A stretch of DNA of 64,000 nt from Muribaculaceae bacterium (GCA_009775355.1 VSPN01000005.1:6563-70562); one strand, 5' to 3'. Numbered from the stretch's first letter, positions 25,913 to 35,844 are shown. Translations and numbers: made by a program. Notes: a model not told the origin generated them from the letters alone.

Positions 25913-27652
25913 TCACTTCTTGGTCTCAGACGGTCGTATGTCGCGTATCATCAGTTGGATCGAGTCATGGCTGCCGCCTCGCTTGCTCTGCTCGATGGTG
26001 TAGCAGATGTCGATGGGCTTGTGGGCGTGGATATGCTCGAAATACTGGGCCATGTTGAAGGCTATGGCGTTGATGACGTGGCTTGTGCTGTTGTCTTCAA
26101 GCTCAAGTTTGATATGCTCGAGGTTCTTGCCGACGAGCTTGCTGGTGCCGAAGTCGAATACGTTTTTCGAGCGGAACACCGGTTTCTGGTTGCACGGACC
26201 GAACGGATTGAATTTGCGAAGCATCGCTACCAGCTCCGGAGTGATGTCGGCAAATTCGATCTCTGCGTCGATGTCGAGATGCGGCTCAAGCTGGTTGGGC
26301 AGGATGTTGGCTGCCACATACTCTTCAAACCTGCGTGTGAATTCCGGTATGTTCTCCTCTTTTAGCGACAGGCCGACGGCGTATGTGTGGCCGCCGAAGT
26401 TCTCAAGAAGGTCTCGCGAGTCGTTGACCGCGGAGTATATGTCGAAACCTTGCACGGAGCGTGCCGACCCGGTGGCAAGGCCGTTCGCCTGCGACAGAAC
26501 CACTGCAGGCTTGTAATATAGTTCGGTGAGGCGCGATGCGACTATTCCGATCACACCTTTGTGCCAGTCGCGGTTGTAAATCACGATCGAGCGTTTGCCG
26601 TTGACTATGCCGACATTCTTCTCGATGAGCGCATTGGCCTCGTCGGTTATCTTTTTGTCGATCTCCTTGCGCTCGCGGTTGTGCTGGTCGATGTCCTTGC
26701 CCCGTTCGAATGCCTCGTGCAGGTCGCGGCTTACGAGCAGATCGACTGTCTCCATGCCGCTTTGCATGCGTCCGGAGGCGTTGATGCGGGGGCCGATCTT
26801 GAAGATGACTTCGCTTATGGTGATGTCTTTGTTGGTGAGTTTGCAGAGTCTGATTATGCTGCGAAGTCCGAGATTTGGATTGGAGTTGAGACGCCGCAGG
26901 CCGTGATAGGCCATGATACGGTTCTCGCCTACGATAGGCACAAGGTCGGATGCGATCGAGACGGCCACAAGGTCGAGCATCGACTCAAGCTCGTTGTGGA
27001 TGCCCAGACCGTTGCTCTGGGCGAAGGCCTGCATGAACTTGAAACCCACTCCGCAGCCGCTCAGATGTGTGCATGGGTAGGTGGTGTCGGGCATTTTCGG
27101 ATTGAGTATCGCCACGGCCGGAGGAAGGGTCTCGTCGGGCACATGGTGGTCGCAGATAATGAAGTCGATCCCTTTGGTCCGTGCATAGGTTATCTCCTCA
27201 ATAGCCTTTATGCCGCAGTCGAGCACGATTATCAGACGCACGTCGTTCTCTGCCGCATAGTCGATGCTTTTCATCGAGATTCCGTAGCCCTCGTCATCGC
27301 GTGTCGGTATGTAGTATTCTACATTCGAGTAGTAGTTCTGAAGGTATTTGTAGACAAGTGCGACAGCCGTGGTGCCGTCTACATCGTAGTCGCCATAGAT
27401 CATGATGCGTTCCTTGGCGCCCATAGCACGGTTGAGCCTGGTTACGGCCTTGTCCATGTCGGGCATAAGAAACGGATCGTGGAGGTCGTTGAGCGACGGG
27501 GTGAAGAACGCGTCGGCACCTTCGGGTGTCGATACGCCTCGCCTCACGAGCAACTCGGCGATGGCGGGTATGCCGCCGCACCGTGGTGTCATCCTGTCAG
27601 CCTCTTCCTTCTGTTGCAGGGTCAGGGGTTGATAATTCCATTTCTTTGCCAT
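25913..27652 (-). CDS. recJ: single-stranded-DNA-specific exonuclease RecJ
   Basis: GDYDVDGTT, ICDHHVP (DHH) and GGHTYAVG (DHHA1). Start set at MAKKWNY (27652) because the track start lies inside the promoter box. Confidence 0.9.
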   Translation of the reverse strand: MAKKWNYQPLTLQQKEEADRMTPRCGGIPAIAELLVRRGVSTPEGADAFFTPSLNDLHDPFLMPDMDKAVTRLNRAMGAKERIMIYGDYDVDGTTAVALVYKYLQNYYSNVEYYIPTRDDEGYGISMKSIDYAAENDVRLIIVLDCGIKAIEEITYARTKGIDFIICDHHVPDETLPPAVAILNPKMPDTTYPCTHLSGCGVGFKFMQAFAQSNGLGIHNELESMLDLVAVSIASDLVPIVGENRIMAYHGLRRLNSNPNLGLRSIIRLCKLTNKDITISEVIFKIGPRINASGRMQSGMETVDLLVSRDLHEAFERGKDIDQHNRERKEIDKKITDEANALIEKNVGIVNGKRSIVIYNRDWHKGVIGIVASRLTELYYKPAVVLSQANGLATGSARSVQGFDIYSAVNDSRDLLENFGGHTYAVGLSLKEENIPEFTRRFEEYVAANILPNQLEPHLDIDAEIEFADITPELVAMLRKFNPFGPCNQKPVFRSKNVFDFGTSKLVGKNLEHIKLELEDNSTSHVINAIAFNMAQYFEHIHAHKPIDICYTIEQSKRGGSHDSIQLMIRDIRPSETKK

Positions 27653-27733
27653 AACTGTTTGATTCAGACCTTTAATTGATTCTCGACTGCGGATGCCGGA
27701 TTGTTTTTCGTTTCCGTCTTCTCCTCCAATATG

Positions 27734-27741
27734 CAAAGATA
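27734..27741 (-). promoter_or_regulatory. -7 promoter box (TATCTTTG on minus strand) for recJ-recQ-umuC
   Basis: Exact TAnnTTTG match ~80 nt upstream of the recJ ATG. Confidence 0.45.
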
Positions 27742-27938
27742 CAAAATTTTTGCGGATTTTTCAAACCTGTTTCCCATATGTTTTGCCTGTGTTTGACCCG
27801 ATTTTTTGAAATTTATGGTTCTCTCTCTTCGCATGCTTTTTCCGGCGGTCTGCGTGATTTATCGTGAATTCTTGTCTGACACCTGCAAAAATCTTGCAAA
27901 AACGGAGACGCGGCTTGGTGTAGTTGTGCTAATTTGAT

Positions 27939-27946
27939 TAATTTTG
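27939..27946 (+). promoter_or_regulatory. -7 promoter box (TAATTTTG) for the hydrolase/MurF-like genes
   Basis: Exact TAnnTTTG match ~50 nt upstream of the ATG at 27996. Confidence 0.45.
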
Positions 27947-27995
27947 CAGTTTGGTGGCTGCGGGCTTGTCTCGTGACTGCCCTTATACTTATTCT

Positions 27996-28775
27996 ATGGA
28001 GAAAGATATTGTTATTGATGGACTGAAGATCCATTATGATCTCACCGGCCCGGAAGGCCGTCCGCCTGTCGTGCTCATGCACGGCTGGGGCTGCGACCAC
28101 ACGACCGTCAGAAGCATCGCGGTGGCCATCGAGCAGGGCATGCGGGTCTATAATCTCGATCTTCCCGGACATGGGCAGAGCGATGAGCCGCCTGTGCCCT
28201 GGGGTGTCGACGAGTACACGCGTCTTGTCGAACACTTCTGCGATATGGAGGGTATAGATGATCCGGTGCTGATCGGACATTCATTCGGAGGTCGCATCGG
28301 TCTGCTGATGGCTTCGCGCAATAGTATCAGCCGCATGGTGCTCGTCGACGGAGCCGGAATTAAGCCGAGGCGTGCGCTCTCTTATTATATAAAGGTGTAT
28401 TCGTTCAAGGTAGCGCGGAAGATTCTTCCGGTTCTGTGTGGACGCAAGACCGGGCAGAGACTTGTGGACCGTTGGCGCGGACGTGCCGGTAGTGCAGATT
28501 ACCGCAATTCCTCGCCAGTGATGAGAGCGGTCATGAGCCGATGTGTCAATCAGGATCTGAAGCATGTCATGCCTATGATCAAGGCTTCGACGCTCCTTGT
28601 GTGGGGTGAGAAGGACACCGCTACTCCCATTTCTGACGCTAAGTATATGGAGAAGCATATTCCCGATGCGGGACTTGTGGTTTTTCCTGATGCCGGCCAT
28701 TATTCTTTTCTCGACAATGCGCCTGCGTTCAGACGGGTCATGAGAGAATTTTTCAAGAAGGATCTGTCGGTGTGA
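27996..28775 (+). CDS. alpha/beta-fold hydrolase
   Basis: HGWG oxyanion region, GHSFGG nucleophile elbow and a C-terminal DAGH. Start set at MEKDIVIDG. Confidence 0.8.
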   Translation: MEKDIVIDGLKIHYDLTGPEGRPPVVLMHGWGCDHTTVRSIAVAIEQGMRVYNLDLPGHGQSDEPPVPWGVDEYTRLVEHFCDMEGIDDPVLIGHSFGGRIGLLMASRNSISRMVLVDGAGIKPRRALSYYIKVYSFKVARKILPVLCGRKTGQRLVDRWRGRAGSADYRNSSPVMRAVMSRCVNQDLKHVMPMIKASTLLVWGEKDTATPISDAKYMEKHIPDAGLVVFPDAGHYSFLDNAPAFRRVMREFFKKDLSV

Positions 28776-28806
28776 CAGGATTGTATGAACTTTTGAATCA
28801 GTAAAT

Positions 28807-30399
28807 ATGACATATTTTATTGTAATCTATGTGATCTGCGCCATATACATGACGCTCAATTTCAAGTATGACCTGCAGATGTTTCAGCAGAACAGCTACA
28901 GGTTCTCCCGCTATTGGAAATGGCTGCGCCCGAGGCTCGGAAGTTCGTGGCGGCTGGTAGATGTGGCATGCCTTTTCCTGCTGATGGCTCCGCAGTTGCT
29001 CGACATAAGGCTCTCCGCTTTCGTTGTGGCGGTGGTCAGCCTGACAAAGATATTCCTCATCCTGCGTAGGAAGTCGAAGAAACCGCTCGTCATGACTCGC
29101 CGTGTCTGGCGTCTCTATTCTCTGACGGCTGCTCTTGCTCTGGGTGGCGGCGTGGCAGTGGGGCTGTGTACTGCCGGACATTCCGTCGGCATTTATTCCG
29201 CGCCTGCTGTGACGGTGGGCTACATGATGCTTGTCGGTATCCTGTCGTGGGCGGTCATGCTTCTGGCCCACATGCTGCTTGTGCCGGTCGAGAAGGCAAT
29301 ACAGCGCGGATATATCAATGACGCACGCCGGATTCTGAGATCCATGCCTGATCTTCGAGTTGTCGGCATCACCGGAAGCTACGGCAAGACAAGCACCAAG
29401 CACTATCTTACCCGTATCCTCTCGGAAGAGTTCGATGTGCTTATGACCCCCGGATCGTACAACACGCCAATGGGCGTGGTTCGCACCATACGCGAGTATC
29501 TCAAGCCCTACAACCAGATATTCGTCTGCGAGATGGGAGCCAAGCAAAAAGGAGATATTAAAGAGATATGCGATATCGTGCACCCGGAGATGGGAATTGT
29601 TACGGCGGTCGGCCCGATGCATCTGGAGTCGTTCAAGACGTTGGAGAATGTATGCTCCACCAAATTCGAACTTGTTGATGCTTTGCCCTCCGACGGATGT
29701 GCTGTCATCAACAATGACTTCGCCCCGTGTGCAGAAAGGACTGTTGGCAATGTCCCTGCTCTCCGTTACGGCATCGTTTCCACCGAAGGATGCGATTATG
29801 TAGCTGCTGACGTGCGCTATACTCCCGACGGAACATTCTTCACCGTGGAGGGTCCCGACGGATTCCGACTCGAACTCGAGACTCGTCTGCTTGGCGAATG
29901 CAACGTCTCGGATATTCTGGCAGCCGTTATAATTGCGCTGCGTCTTGGTGTGCCTGCTGAAAAGATCAGATATGCGGTCGCGTCGATCGAACAGGTCGAG
30001 CACCGTCTGAGCATTAAAAAAACTCCCGGCGGTGTGACGATAATCGATGACGCGTTCAACTCGAACCCCGCGGGTTCGAGAATGGCAGTCGATGTCCTGT
30101 CTCATTTCCGCGATGGCAAGCGGATCATTGTCACTCCGGGCATGATCGAACTCGGCACAGAGCAACACGCCCTCAACAAAGCATTCGGCCGTCATGCCGG
30201 CGAGAAACTTGATGTTGTGATAGTGGTGGGAGAGCACAATCGAAAGGCGATTGTCGAGGGTGTAAATGAATCAGGATTCAACAAAGAGAATCTTCACGAA
30301 GTGTCGGATTTCAACGAAGCGCAGCAAGTGCTTGCCTCTATTCTGGCTCCCGGCGATACAGTCCTGTACGAGAACGACCTCCCCGACACCTTCAAGTGA
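28807..30399 (+). CDS. Mur ligase family protein, MurF-like, with an N-terminal multi-TM domain
   Basis: VVGITGSYGKTSTK P-loop, DDAFNSNP and the C-terminal Mur ligase domain. The first ~165 aa are four to five hydrophobic helices instead of the usual MurF N-domain. Confidence 0.75.
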   Translation: MTYFIVIYVICAIYMTLNFKYDLQMFQQNSYRFSRYWKWLRPRLGSSWRLVDVACLFLLMAPQLLDIRLSAFVVAVVSLTKIFLILRRKSKKPLVMTRRVWRLYSLTAALALGGGVAVGLCTAGHSVGIYSAPAVTVGYMMLVGILSWAVMLLAHMLLVPVEKAIQRGYINDARRILRSMPDLRVVGITGSYGKTSTKHYLTRILSEEFDVLMTPGSYNTPMGVVRTIREYLKPYNQIFVCEMGAKQKGDIKEICDIVHPEMGIVTAVGPMHLESFKTLENVCSTKFELVDALPSDGCAVINNDFAPCAERTVGNVPALRYGIVSTEGCDYVAADVRYTPDGTFFTVEGPDGFRLELETRLLGECNVSDILAAVIIALRLGVPAEKIRYAVASIEQVEHRLSIKKTPGGVTIIDDAFNSNPAGSRMAVDVLSHFRDGKRIIVTPGMIELGTEQHALNKAFGRHAGEKLDVVIVVGEHNRKAIVEGVNESGFNKENLHEVSDFNEAQQVLASILAPGDTVLYENDLPDTFK

Positions 30400-30537
30400 C
30401 GCCTCCCCGACATCCCGATAGCAGGCCTCTCCAAATCATCCTGAATCACCCGATTTTTCCAAGCATACGATCTGATATTCTCGACTCAGGCCAGTGGTAA
30501 AAGGGAAGTATAATTTCAAACCCTCCTACAACAATAA

Positions 30538-30575
30538 AATCGCGAAAAAGTTACAAATTTTTTCGCGATTTTTTT
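30538..30575 (+). terminator. Rho-independent terminator after the MurF-like gene
   Basis: aatcgcgaaaaa/tttttcgcgatt stem followed by T6. Confidence 0.75.
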
Positions 30576-30596
30576 GTGTATTAACAAAAAATGCCT

Positions 30597-30604
30597 TATC
30601 TTTG
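30597..30604 (+). promoter_or_regulatory. -7 promoter box (TATCTTTG) for tRNA-Ala
   Basis: Exact TAnnTTTG match 56 nt upstream of the tRNA 5' end. Confidence 0.5.
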
Positions 30605-30659
30605 CAGAGCAAGAGGAAAACAGGATTGACCGATCCTCTCCATATTTTCCAAAGCAAAA

Positions 30660-30733
30660 GGGGCATTAGCTCATCTGGCTAGAGCGTTTGACTGGCAGTC
30701 AAGAGGTGACGAGTTCGAGTCTCGTATGCTCCA
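30660..30733 (+). tRNA. tRNA-Ala (anticodon GGC)
   Basis: Hand-folded 74-nt cloverleaf. Acceptor stem is GGGGCAT/ATGCTCC with G3:U70, D stem GCTC/GAGC and anticodon loop CTGGCAG. T arm is ACGAG-TTCGAGT-CTCGT, the discriminator is A, and no CCA is encoded. Confidence 0.9.
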
Positions 30734-30770
30734 CGTAAGGAACAACATCAACATCAGAAACGCTATTTTA

Positions 30771-30811
30771 CTCTGAATCACCAAACGTAAAAGGTGGTTC
30801 AGAGTCTTTTT
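30771..30811 (+). terminator. Rho-independent terminator after tRNA-Ala
   Basis: ctctgaatcacc/ggtggttcagag stem (one mismatch) followed by TCTTTTT. Confidence 0.65.
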
Positions 30812-31012
30812 ATGCCATAACATGCATTGATGTTTGTGGCCGGAAAGGGCAATATTCTGTTGCCGCTTCAATTCTTGTTCTGAAAGTTTGTGTAGTACTT
30901 GGTATGCCACTTTTTAGATAGACACATGCAAAATTAGCGATAAAATCATAATAGACTATGAAATGTGCTGAAAACATAATATTGTGTGCTGATCCTCTTC
31001 ATAAGGAATGTG

Positions 31013-31046
31013 CAAGCCGAATTCCGTGTACACGGAATTCGGCTTG
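31013..31046. terminator. perfect 34-bp palindrome/hairpin downstream of the catalase gene
   Basis: caagccgaattccgtg-ta-cacggaattcggcttg lies 44 nt past the catalase stop. No clear U-tract is present. Confidence 0.45.
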
Positions 31047-31089
31047 CTGTTAGTGGATTCAGGCCTCTGCCGGGATAGGGTAAGCGTTG

Positions 31090-32595
31090 TTACTTTACTG
31101 TCGTGCGCTTGTCCCAGACGGGATGTGCCGGATCTTCGGCTACAAGAGCCTCTTCAAGATCTATGCCCAGTGCGGCGGCGAGCATTGCGCCGTATTCTTT
31201 ATCGGCGTTGTGACATGCCCGGACATGTCGCTGTCTGATGAAAAGAGGAACATCCTTCATCTGTGCCGCAGTGTTGTCGCATGTGGCTTTCTTGTCGGCA
31301 TCTGTCATCAGACGCCACAGTTTGCCGGGCTGTGTGTAGTAGTCATCGTCAAGCTCTCGCTCATCGTATGTATAAGCCGCGCCATGAAGTTCAAGCGGTG
31401 GTTCCCGGAGTGCTGGATTGTCCTGCCATTCCCCATAGCTGTTAGGCTCGTAGGCTATAGTTGAGCCGTAGTTGCCGTCTGTGCGCATCTGTCCGTCGCG
31501 GTGGTATGCGTGGAACGGACACCGTGGACGGTTGACGGGGATGAGATTGTTGTTCACCCCAAGACGATATCGCTGGGCGTCGCCATAGGAGAACAGCCTT
31601 CCCTGAAGCATTTTGTCGGGCGAGAATCCTATGCCGTCGACAATGTTGGCCGGATTGAACGCCGCCTGTTCGATTTCGGCAAAGAAATTCTCCGGATTGC
31701 GGTTCAATTCAAGAATTCCGACATCGCGCAGCGGAAAGTCTTTGTGATACCATACTTTTGTAAGATCAAAAGGATTGATGCCATATTCCTTGGCTTCATC
31801 CTCGCTCATTAGTTGGATCTGTAGTTTCCACCGGGGAAAGTCTCCGCGTTCGATGGCATCGAAAAGATCGCGTTGATGAGATTCGCGGTCTTTCGCTATA
31901 ATGGCTTCCGCTTCCTGATCTGTCAGATTTTTTATGCCCTGGAGTGTGCGGAAATGGAATTTTACCCATGTCCGCCTGTTGTTCCGGTCAATGAAGCTGT
32001 AGGTGTGGCTGCCGAATCCGTGCATGTGGCGGAATGAGGCCGGTATGCCGCGTGGCGACATGGTGATCGTTATCTGGTGAAGTGCTTCTGGAAGAAGAGT
32101 CCAGAAGTCCCAGTTTGCGGTCGGATTACGCATGCCGGTGCGCGGATCGCGCTTGATGGCGTGGTTGAGATCAGGAAATTTCAGCGGATCGCGAAGAAAA
32201 AACACAGGGGTGTTATTGCCTACCAGATCCCAGTTCCCTTCGTCTGTATAGAATTTCATGGCGAAGCCGCGTATGTCGCGTTCCGCATCGGCGGCTCCCC
32301 GTTCGCCGGCAACTGTGGAGAATCTGACAAGACACGGTGTCTGTTTCCCGACTTTAGAGAATATCGAAGCCCGGGTGAACTCGCTTATGTCATTGGTGAC
32401 AGTGAATGTTCCGAATGCCCCCGAACCCTTGGCGTGCATCCGTCGTTCGGGAATCACCTCTCGGTCGAAATGGGCGATTTTCTCAAGATACCACGGGTTC
32501 TGAGCGGTGACGGGTCCTCTGGGTCCTGCTGTCTGTACATTCTGGTTGTCGGCTACAGCTCGTCCGTTTTCTGCGGTAAGTCTTTTCTTATCCAT
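31090..32595 (-). CDS. katA: monofunctional heme catalase (small-subunit type)
   Basis: [42 protein letters not shown] and proximal-Tyr region [14 protein letters not shown]; 501 aa. Confidence 0.95.
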   Translation of the reverse strand: MDKKRLTAENGRAVADNQNVQTAGPRGPVTAQNPWYLEKIAHFDREVIPERRMHAKGSGAFGTFTVTNDISEFTRASIFSKVGKQTPCLVRFSTVAGERGAADAERDIRGFAMKFYTDEGNWDLVGNNTPVFFLRDPLKFPDLNHAIKRDPRTGMRNPTANWDFWTLLPEALHQITITMSPRGIPASFRHMHGFGSHTYSFIDRNNRRTWVKFHFRTLQGIKNLTDQEAEAIIAKDRESHQRDLFDAIERGDFPRWKLQIQLMSEDEAKEYGINPFDLTKVWYHKDFPLRDVGILELNRNPENFFAEIEQAAFNPANIVDGIGFSPDKMLQGRLFSYGDAQRYRLGVNNNLIPVNRPRCPFHAYHRDGQMRTDGNYGSTIAYEPNSYGEWQDNPALREPPLELHGAAYTYDERELDDDYYTQPGKLWRLMTDADKKATCDNTAAQMKDVPLFIRQRHVRACHNADKEYGAMLAAALGIDLEEALVAEDPAHPVWDKRTTVK

Positions 32596-32626
32596 AAGAT
32601 CAAGTGTTTTGTGATTAGTGTGTTTT

Positions 32627-33454
32627 TTATTTAGGTGTGTTTACAAGTTCATGCCAGTAGGCCCGGCGCAAAGGCACCACAGAATCGTTGTGCTCGATCA
32701 GGACGGGCGATCCCGTTTCGGGAGACTCGGGCTCAAGAAGCAATTCCTCGCCTGGACGGACCACAAAGCGGTATATGACAGTGTTTGCCGATCCTCCGTT
32801 CTCAAGTACGCCTTCGAGAAGCTGAGCCGGAAGGCCTCTGAGATCATTCGCTGGCCCGTAAACGGCCATGCGGTAGTGTTTCCCCTCTTTGTGATGATTG
32901 TGTCCTCTGAAGTTCGAATCCACGCGATATATGTTGCCGTTTCCGTCATTGCGCAGACATAGCACCGGAAACCAGCCTTCTCGTATGCTCGGTTCTATGC
33001 TTCTGATTTCTTCGTCAGTAAGACTGTCAAGCTTTTTTATTTCTTTCTGTGAAATATAATGCACATCATAGATGCCTTCATCTATCCAGATATACTGTCC
33101 GTCATCAAGACTCCATCCGCGCCATCCATATTCTTTCCAGCGCCGGGGAGCTGCTTTGACAATGATGTCGCGCAGAGAATCATCAACCATTTCTTTGTAA
33201 TATGATTTCATCTGGCCGGCACTGTCTATGTCGTGAAGCGGATATGGACGTTGTATCGGGTATGTCACAAGTCTGGCGAATCCGATGCTGTCGTTGTCTG
33301 CCACTGCGCGGACAAGCAGTTTTATAGTTGTCGGGAGAGAGTCGCAGTTTTCAACTTCCTCTACATTTGATTCCGATGACGATCTGTTTCCGCATCCGGT
33401 CAGGAGTGCGCCGGTGATCATGGCCATCAATATTGCTGATACTTTTGTAAACAT
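32627..33454 (-). CDS. hypothetical lipoprotein
   Basis: Lipobox GALLTGCGN; 275 aa with no recognised domain. It overlaps the upstream gene by 28 nt. Confidence 0.6.
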   Translation of the reverse strand: MFTKVSAILMAMITGALLTGCGNRSSSESNVEEVENCDSLPTTIKLLVRAVADNDSIGFARLVTYPIQRPYPLHDIDSAGQMKSYYKEMVDDSLRDIIVKAAPRRWKEYGWRGWSLDDGQYIWIDEGIYDVHYISQKEIKKLDSLTDEEIRSIEPSIREGWFPVLCLRNDGNGNIYRVDSNFRGHNHHKEGKHYRMAVYGPANDLRGLPAQLLEGVLENGGSANTVIYRFVVRPGEELLLEPESPETGSPVLIEHNDSVVPLRRAYWHELVNTPK

Positions 33455-34149
33455 GCCATCATTTTGTTTGTAGTGAAAAAATATCTGTTGCGGTTCTCGT
33501 TATGTGAGTATGACTTGCTGTATCCTTGCGTCAGTAATGAAGCGTTTCCCTGAGGAGAGGAAAAGGCGTGTGCCCGGCTCTGAGGCTGCATGGCGGTGGT
33601 TTCGGGATCTTTGACAAACAAGGTCTTGAACTCTTCGATCCTGCGTCTTTGTATCTGTGAATGAGGCTTGCCTCTGAAGCGGCAATGTGCAATATAATTC
33701 TCATATATATCGCGATTTCCCGCCTTAAGTTTGCTTACGACCGATGACCGGGACGTGGCTCCGCTGCCGATGTTGTATGCGAGTACGCCGAGAAGCAGTG
33801 AATCCGCTCCGAACTGGCGGAATGCCGCGCAATTCTTCAGAAGATCTTTTCTTAACAATGCTTCGGCTTCAGCCTCGGTCATTGTCTTTGTTCGGCTGAA
33901 TGTCTCTCCTCTAAGCACCTTGTGACCATATCCTACAAACGGCCAGTGTCTTGGCTGGTGCATCCCTTCATATTTCTTTATGATCTGGATGGCCTTTTCA
34001 AAGTCAGATATTGATTCGCTTTCGGTTGCCGCAGAGTCATTGGTGGCGCTCAGGCGACCATAAAGGCCCTTCATGCCGAAGAGGCTACTGACTGCCATCA
34101 AGGCAATTGAGATAGCTGAGATAAGTTTCATTTGCAAGTCATTTTTCAC
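33427..34149 (-). CDS. secreted lysozyme-like (phage-lysozyme/GH24-type fold) protein
   Basis: A signal peptide is followed by FEKAIQIIKKYEGMH...FVGYGH, resembling the i..EG...tiGyGH catalytic region. The second acidic residue is not obvious. Confidence 0.5.
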   Translation of the reverse strand: MKNDLQMKLISAISIALMAVSSLFGMKGLYGRLSATNDSAATESESISDFEKAIQIIKKYEGMHQPRHWPFVGYGHKVLRGETFSRTKTMTEAEAEALLRKDLLKNCAAFRQFGADSLLLGVLAYNIGSGATSRSSVVSKLKAGNRDIYENYIAHCRFRGKPHSQIQRRRIEEFKTLFVKDPETTAMQPQSRAHAFSSPQGNASLLTQGYSKSYSHNENRNRYFFTTNKMMACLQKYQQY

Positions 34150-34510
34150 ATATTCACCGTCTGTGCCGCATGATGCGGTAGATTCGAAATTCCGGTGATA
34201 TGCTGTGATATATCGGCATCCGGTGGAGGCTTTACTACACTTTAGAAAACGCTTTGCATCACAGATGGTTCAGATTCCGCATTGTCTGCTATTCTGGGTG
34301 ACAGCGGCAGCTTATCTTTTCAATTTGTAGGGTTTTGAATGTTTTGTAGTTGTATTCAAATTATTTTTCGTATATTTGAAAGTCAAAGTTCGTTTAGTAA
34401 TAAGTATTATCATCGCATGCGAAAATCCGCTCGGTGTATGGCAATCTGGCGGTAACATTTATTATTAAACAAGCACTTATTAAACAAGCCATTAAAAGGA
34501 CGTCTGATAA

Positions 34511-35782
34511 ATGGATTCCAAAGAACTTAAAAATAAGCTTTCGAAGTTGTGGAAAGACACATTTCATGACTCTGACGATTACGTCTCGCTTATATTCGAC
34601 AACTATTACGATCCCTGTTTTTCTGAATGTGAGGAAACGGGTGGCGATGTTGTGGCTGGACTGGTTGGCATTCCTTATGAGTTTGGAAATGCCTCGCGCA
34701 AGATACGCGGACTCTATCTTTGTGGTCTTGCAACAAAGCCGCAGTACCGTTCCCGTGGCATCATGACGCGTCTGCTCGATAGGGTCAACGACAAGGCTCG
34801 TGAGGCGGGGTTCGCATTCACCTTCCTGATCCCCGCCGACGAAAGTCTGCGCAAGTATTACCGCGACCGCGACTATGTCAATGCTTTCTACCGGGTAATA
34901 GATAATTATACGTCTTTGCACGACTTTGACCGGGAGTATGAGTCAATTCTGATGGAGCAGAAGGAGAAGGTGGCAGAGCTAAAAAGACGCTATTTCATGT
35001 CTCTGAATGCATCCGTTTTTGACCGGATGGCCGACAACGCAGAGGTGGTCAGAGAAGGAATCAGGGCGTTGATAAGAAGTGTCGAGGATGTGCAGCAGGA
35101 TCTCCAGATAATTCATGGCGACCGCGATATCCGTCTGCTCATAAATGAAAATGTGATTGATCGTGGACAGATACATTACGTCACAAATTCAGACGGTGAG
35201 ATCACTGCTGCAGCTTTCTCGACTGTCTCGGACGGCGCGGTCAAGATTGTCAAATTGTTCTCTACCGACATCGCGAGCAAATACAAGGTGCTCGGATCGG
35301 TCAAGAAAACCAATCCCGATATGGCGATAAGACATTATCTCTCATCGATCGAAATGGATCGATCGGCTTTGTGGATGCGCACATATGGTTCCTTTATGAA
35401 AGATGCGCCGCAAACCGGTGCTGTCTCGATTACCGAACGCGTATATTCTCTTGCTGCCCATGCAAAGGTTTATGGTATGGTCAGGATTCTCGATTTTTCT
35501 GAGATTTTAAAATTTCAGGCCGAGTGTAGGCGTGATCTGAAATATTCGATTCTCGTGAAAGCCGATGATGCGGGTTCTTTTGAGCAGATAGAAGTCCGCG
35601 ACGGAAGGCTCAGGATAAAAAATCTTGCATCTGAAACTCTGACTCATTCTCAGATCGCGCATGTGATGTCTAAACGCGACATAGGGGAGATCCTTTTCCG
35701 CAGAAACGATACAGACAATCTAATTACAGAAGCGTTCGGCATTCCGTCGATCAATGCCTCGATCTGTCTGATGCTCGACTGA
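34511..35782 (+). CDS. GNAT family N-acetyltransferase (Eis-like, multi-domain)
   Basis: Acetyl-CoA motif A-like KPQYRSRGIMTRLLDRV; 423 aa. Confidence 0.65.
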   Translation: MDSKELKNKLSKLWKDTFHDSDDYVSLIFDNYYDPCFSECEETGGDVVAGLVGIPYEFGNASRKIRGLYLCGLATKPQYRSRGIMTRLLDRVNDKAREAGFAFTFLIPADESLRKYYRDRDYVNAFYRVIDNYTSLHDFDREYESILMEQKEKVAELKRRYFMSLNASVFDRMADNAEVVREGIRALIRSVEDVQQDLQIIHGDRDIRLLINENVIDRGQIHYVTNSDGEITAAAFSTVSDGAVKIVKLFSTDIASKYKVLGSVKKTNPDMAIRHYLSSIEMDRSALWMRTYGSFMKDAPQTGAVSITERVYSLAAHAKVYGMVRILDFSEILKFQAECRRDLKYSILVKADDAGSFEQIEVRDGRLRIKNLASETLTHSQIAHVMSKRDIGEILFRRNDTDNLITEAFGIPSINASICLMLD

Positions 35783-35814
35783 GAAGCGGAACTGATATTG
35801 CTGCATGTTGTATG

Positions 35815-35844
35815 GCTTCGGAGATTTCTCCGAAGCTTTTTTTT
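35815..35844 (+). terminator. Rho-independent terminator after the GNAT gene
   Basis: gcttcggag/ctccgaagc stem followed by T8. Confidence 0.8.

Noticed and set aside
26561-27679. 372-aa ORF antisense to recJ. The same pattern applies to 25646-26365, 57014-58024, 59115-59969, 11319-12017 and 13367-14176, which lie antisense to recQ/recJ, feoB, the S9 peptidase, glnS and the sigma factor.
   Set aside because: All are embedded in strongly supported genes on the other strand and lack motifs, start context or terminators. They are treated as shadow ORFs.
28798-30237. 479-aa ORF antisense to the MurF-like gene.
   Set aside because: Shadow ORF. The plus-strand frame carries the clear Mur-ligase motifs, and the antisense product is His/Arg-rich with no recognisable domain.
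30671-30910. 79-aa minus-strand ORF with a nearby TAATTTTG-like box (30929-30936).
   Set aside because: It has a GTG start, runs antisense through the tRNA-Ala gene and its terminator, and has no motif. It is most likely spurious.
30734-31089. tRNA-Ala 3' flank as an integration hotspot (genomic island attachment site).
   Set aside because: No integrase, no repeated copy of the tRNA 3' end, and no foreign genes follow. The next gene is an ordinary catalase.
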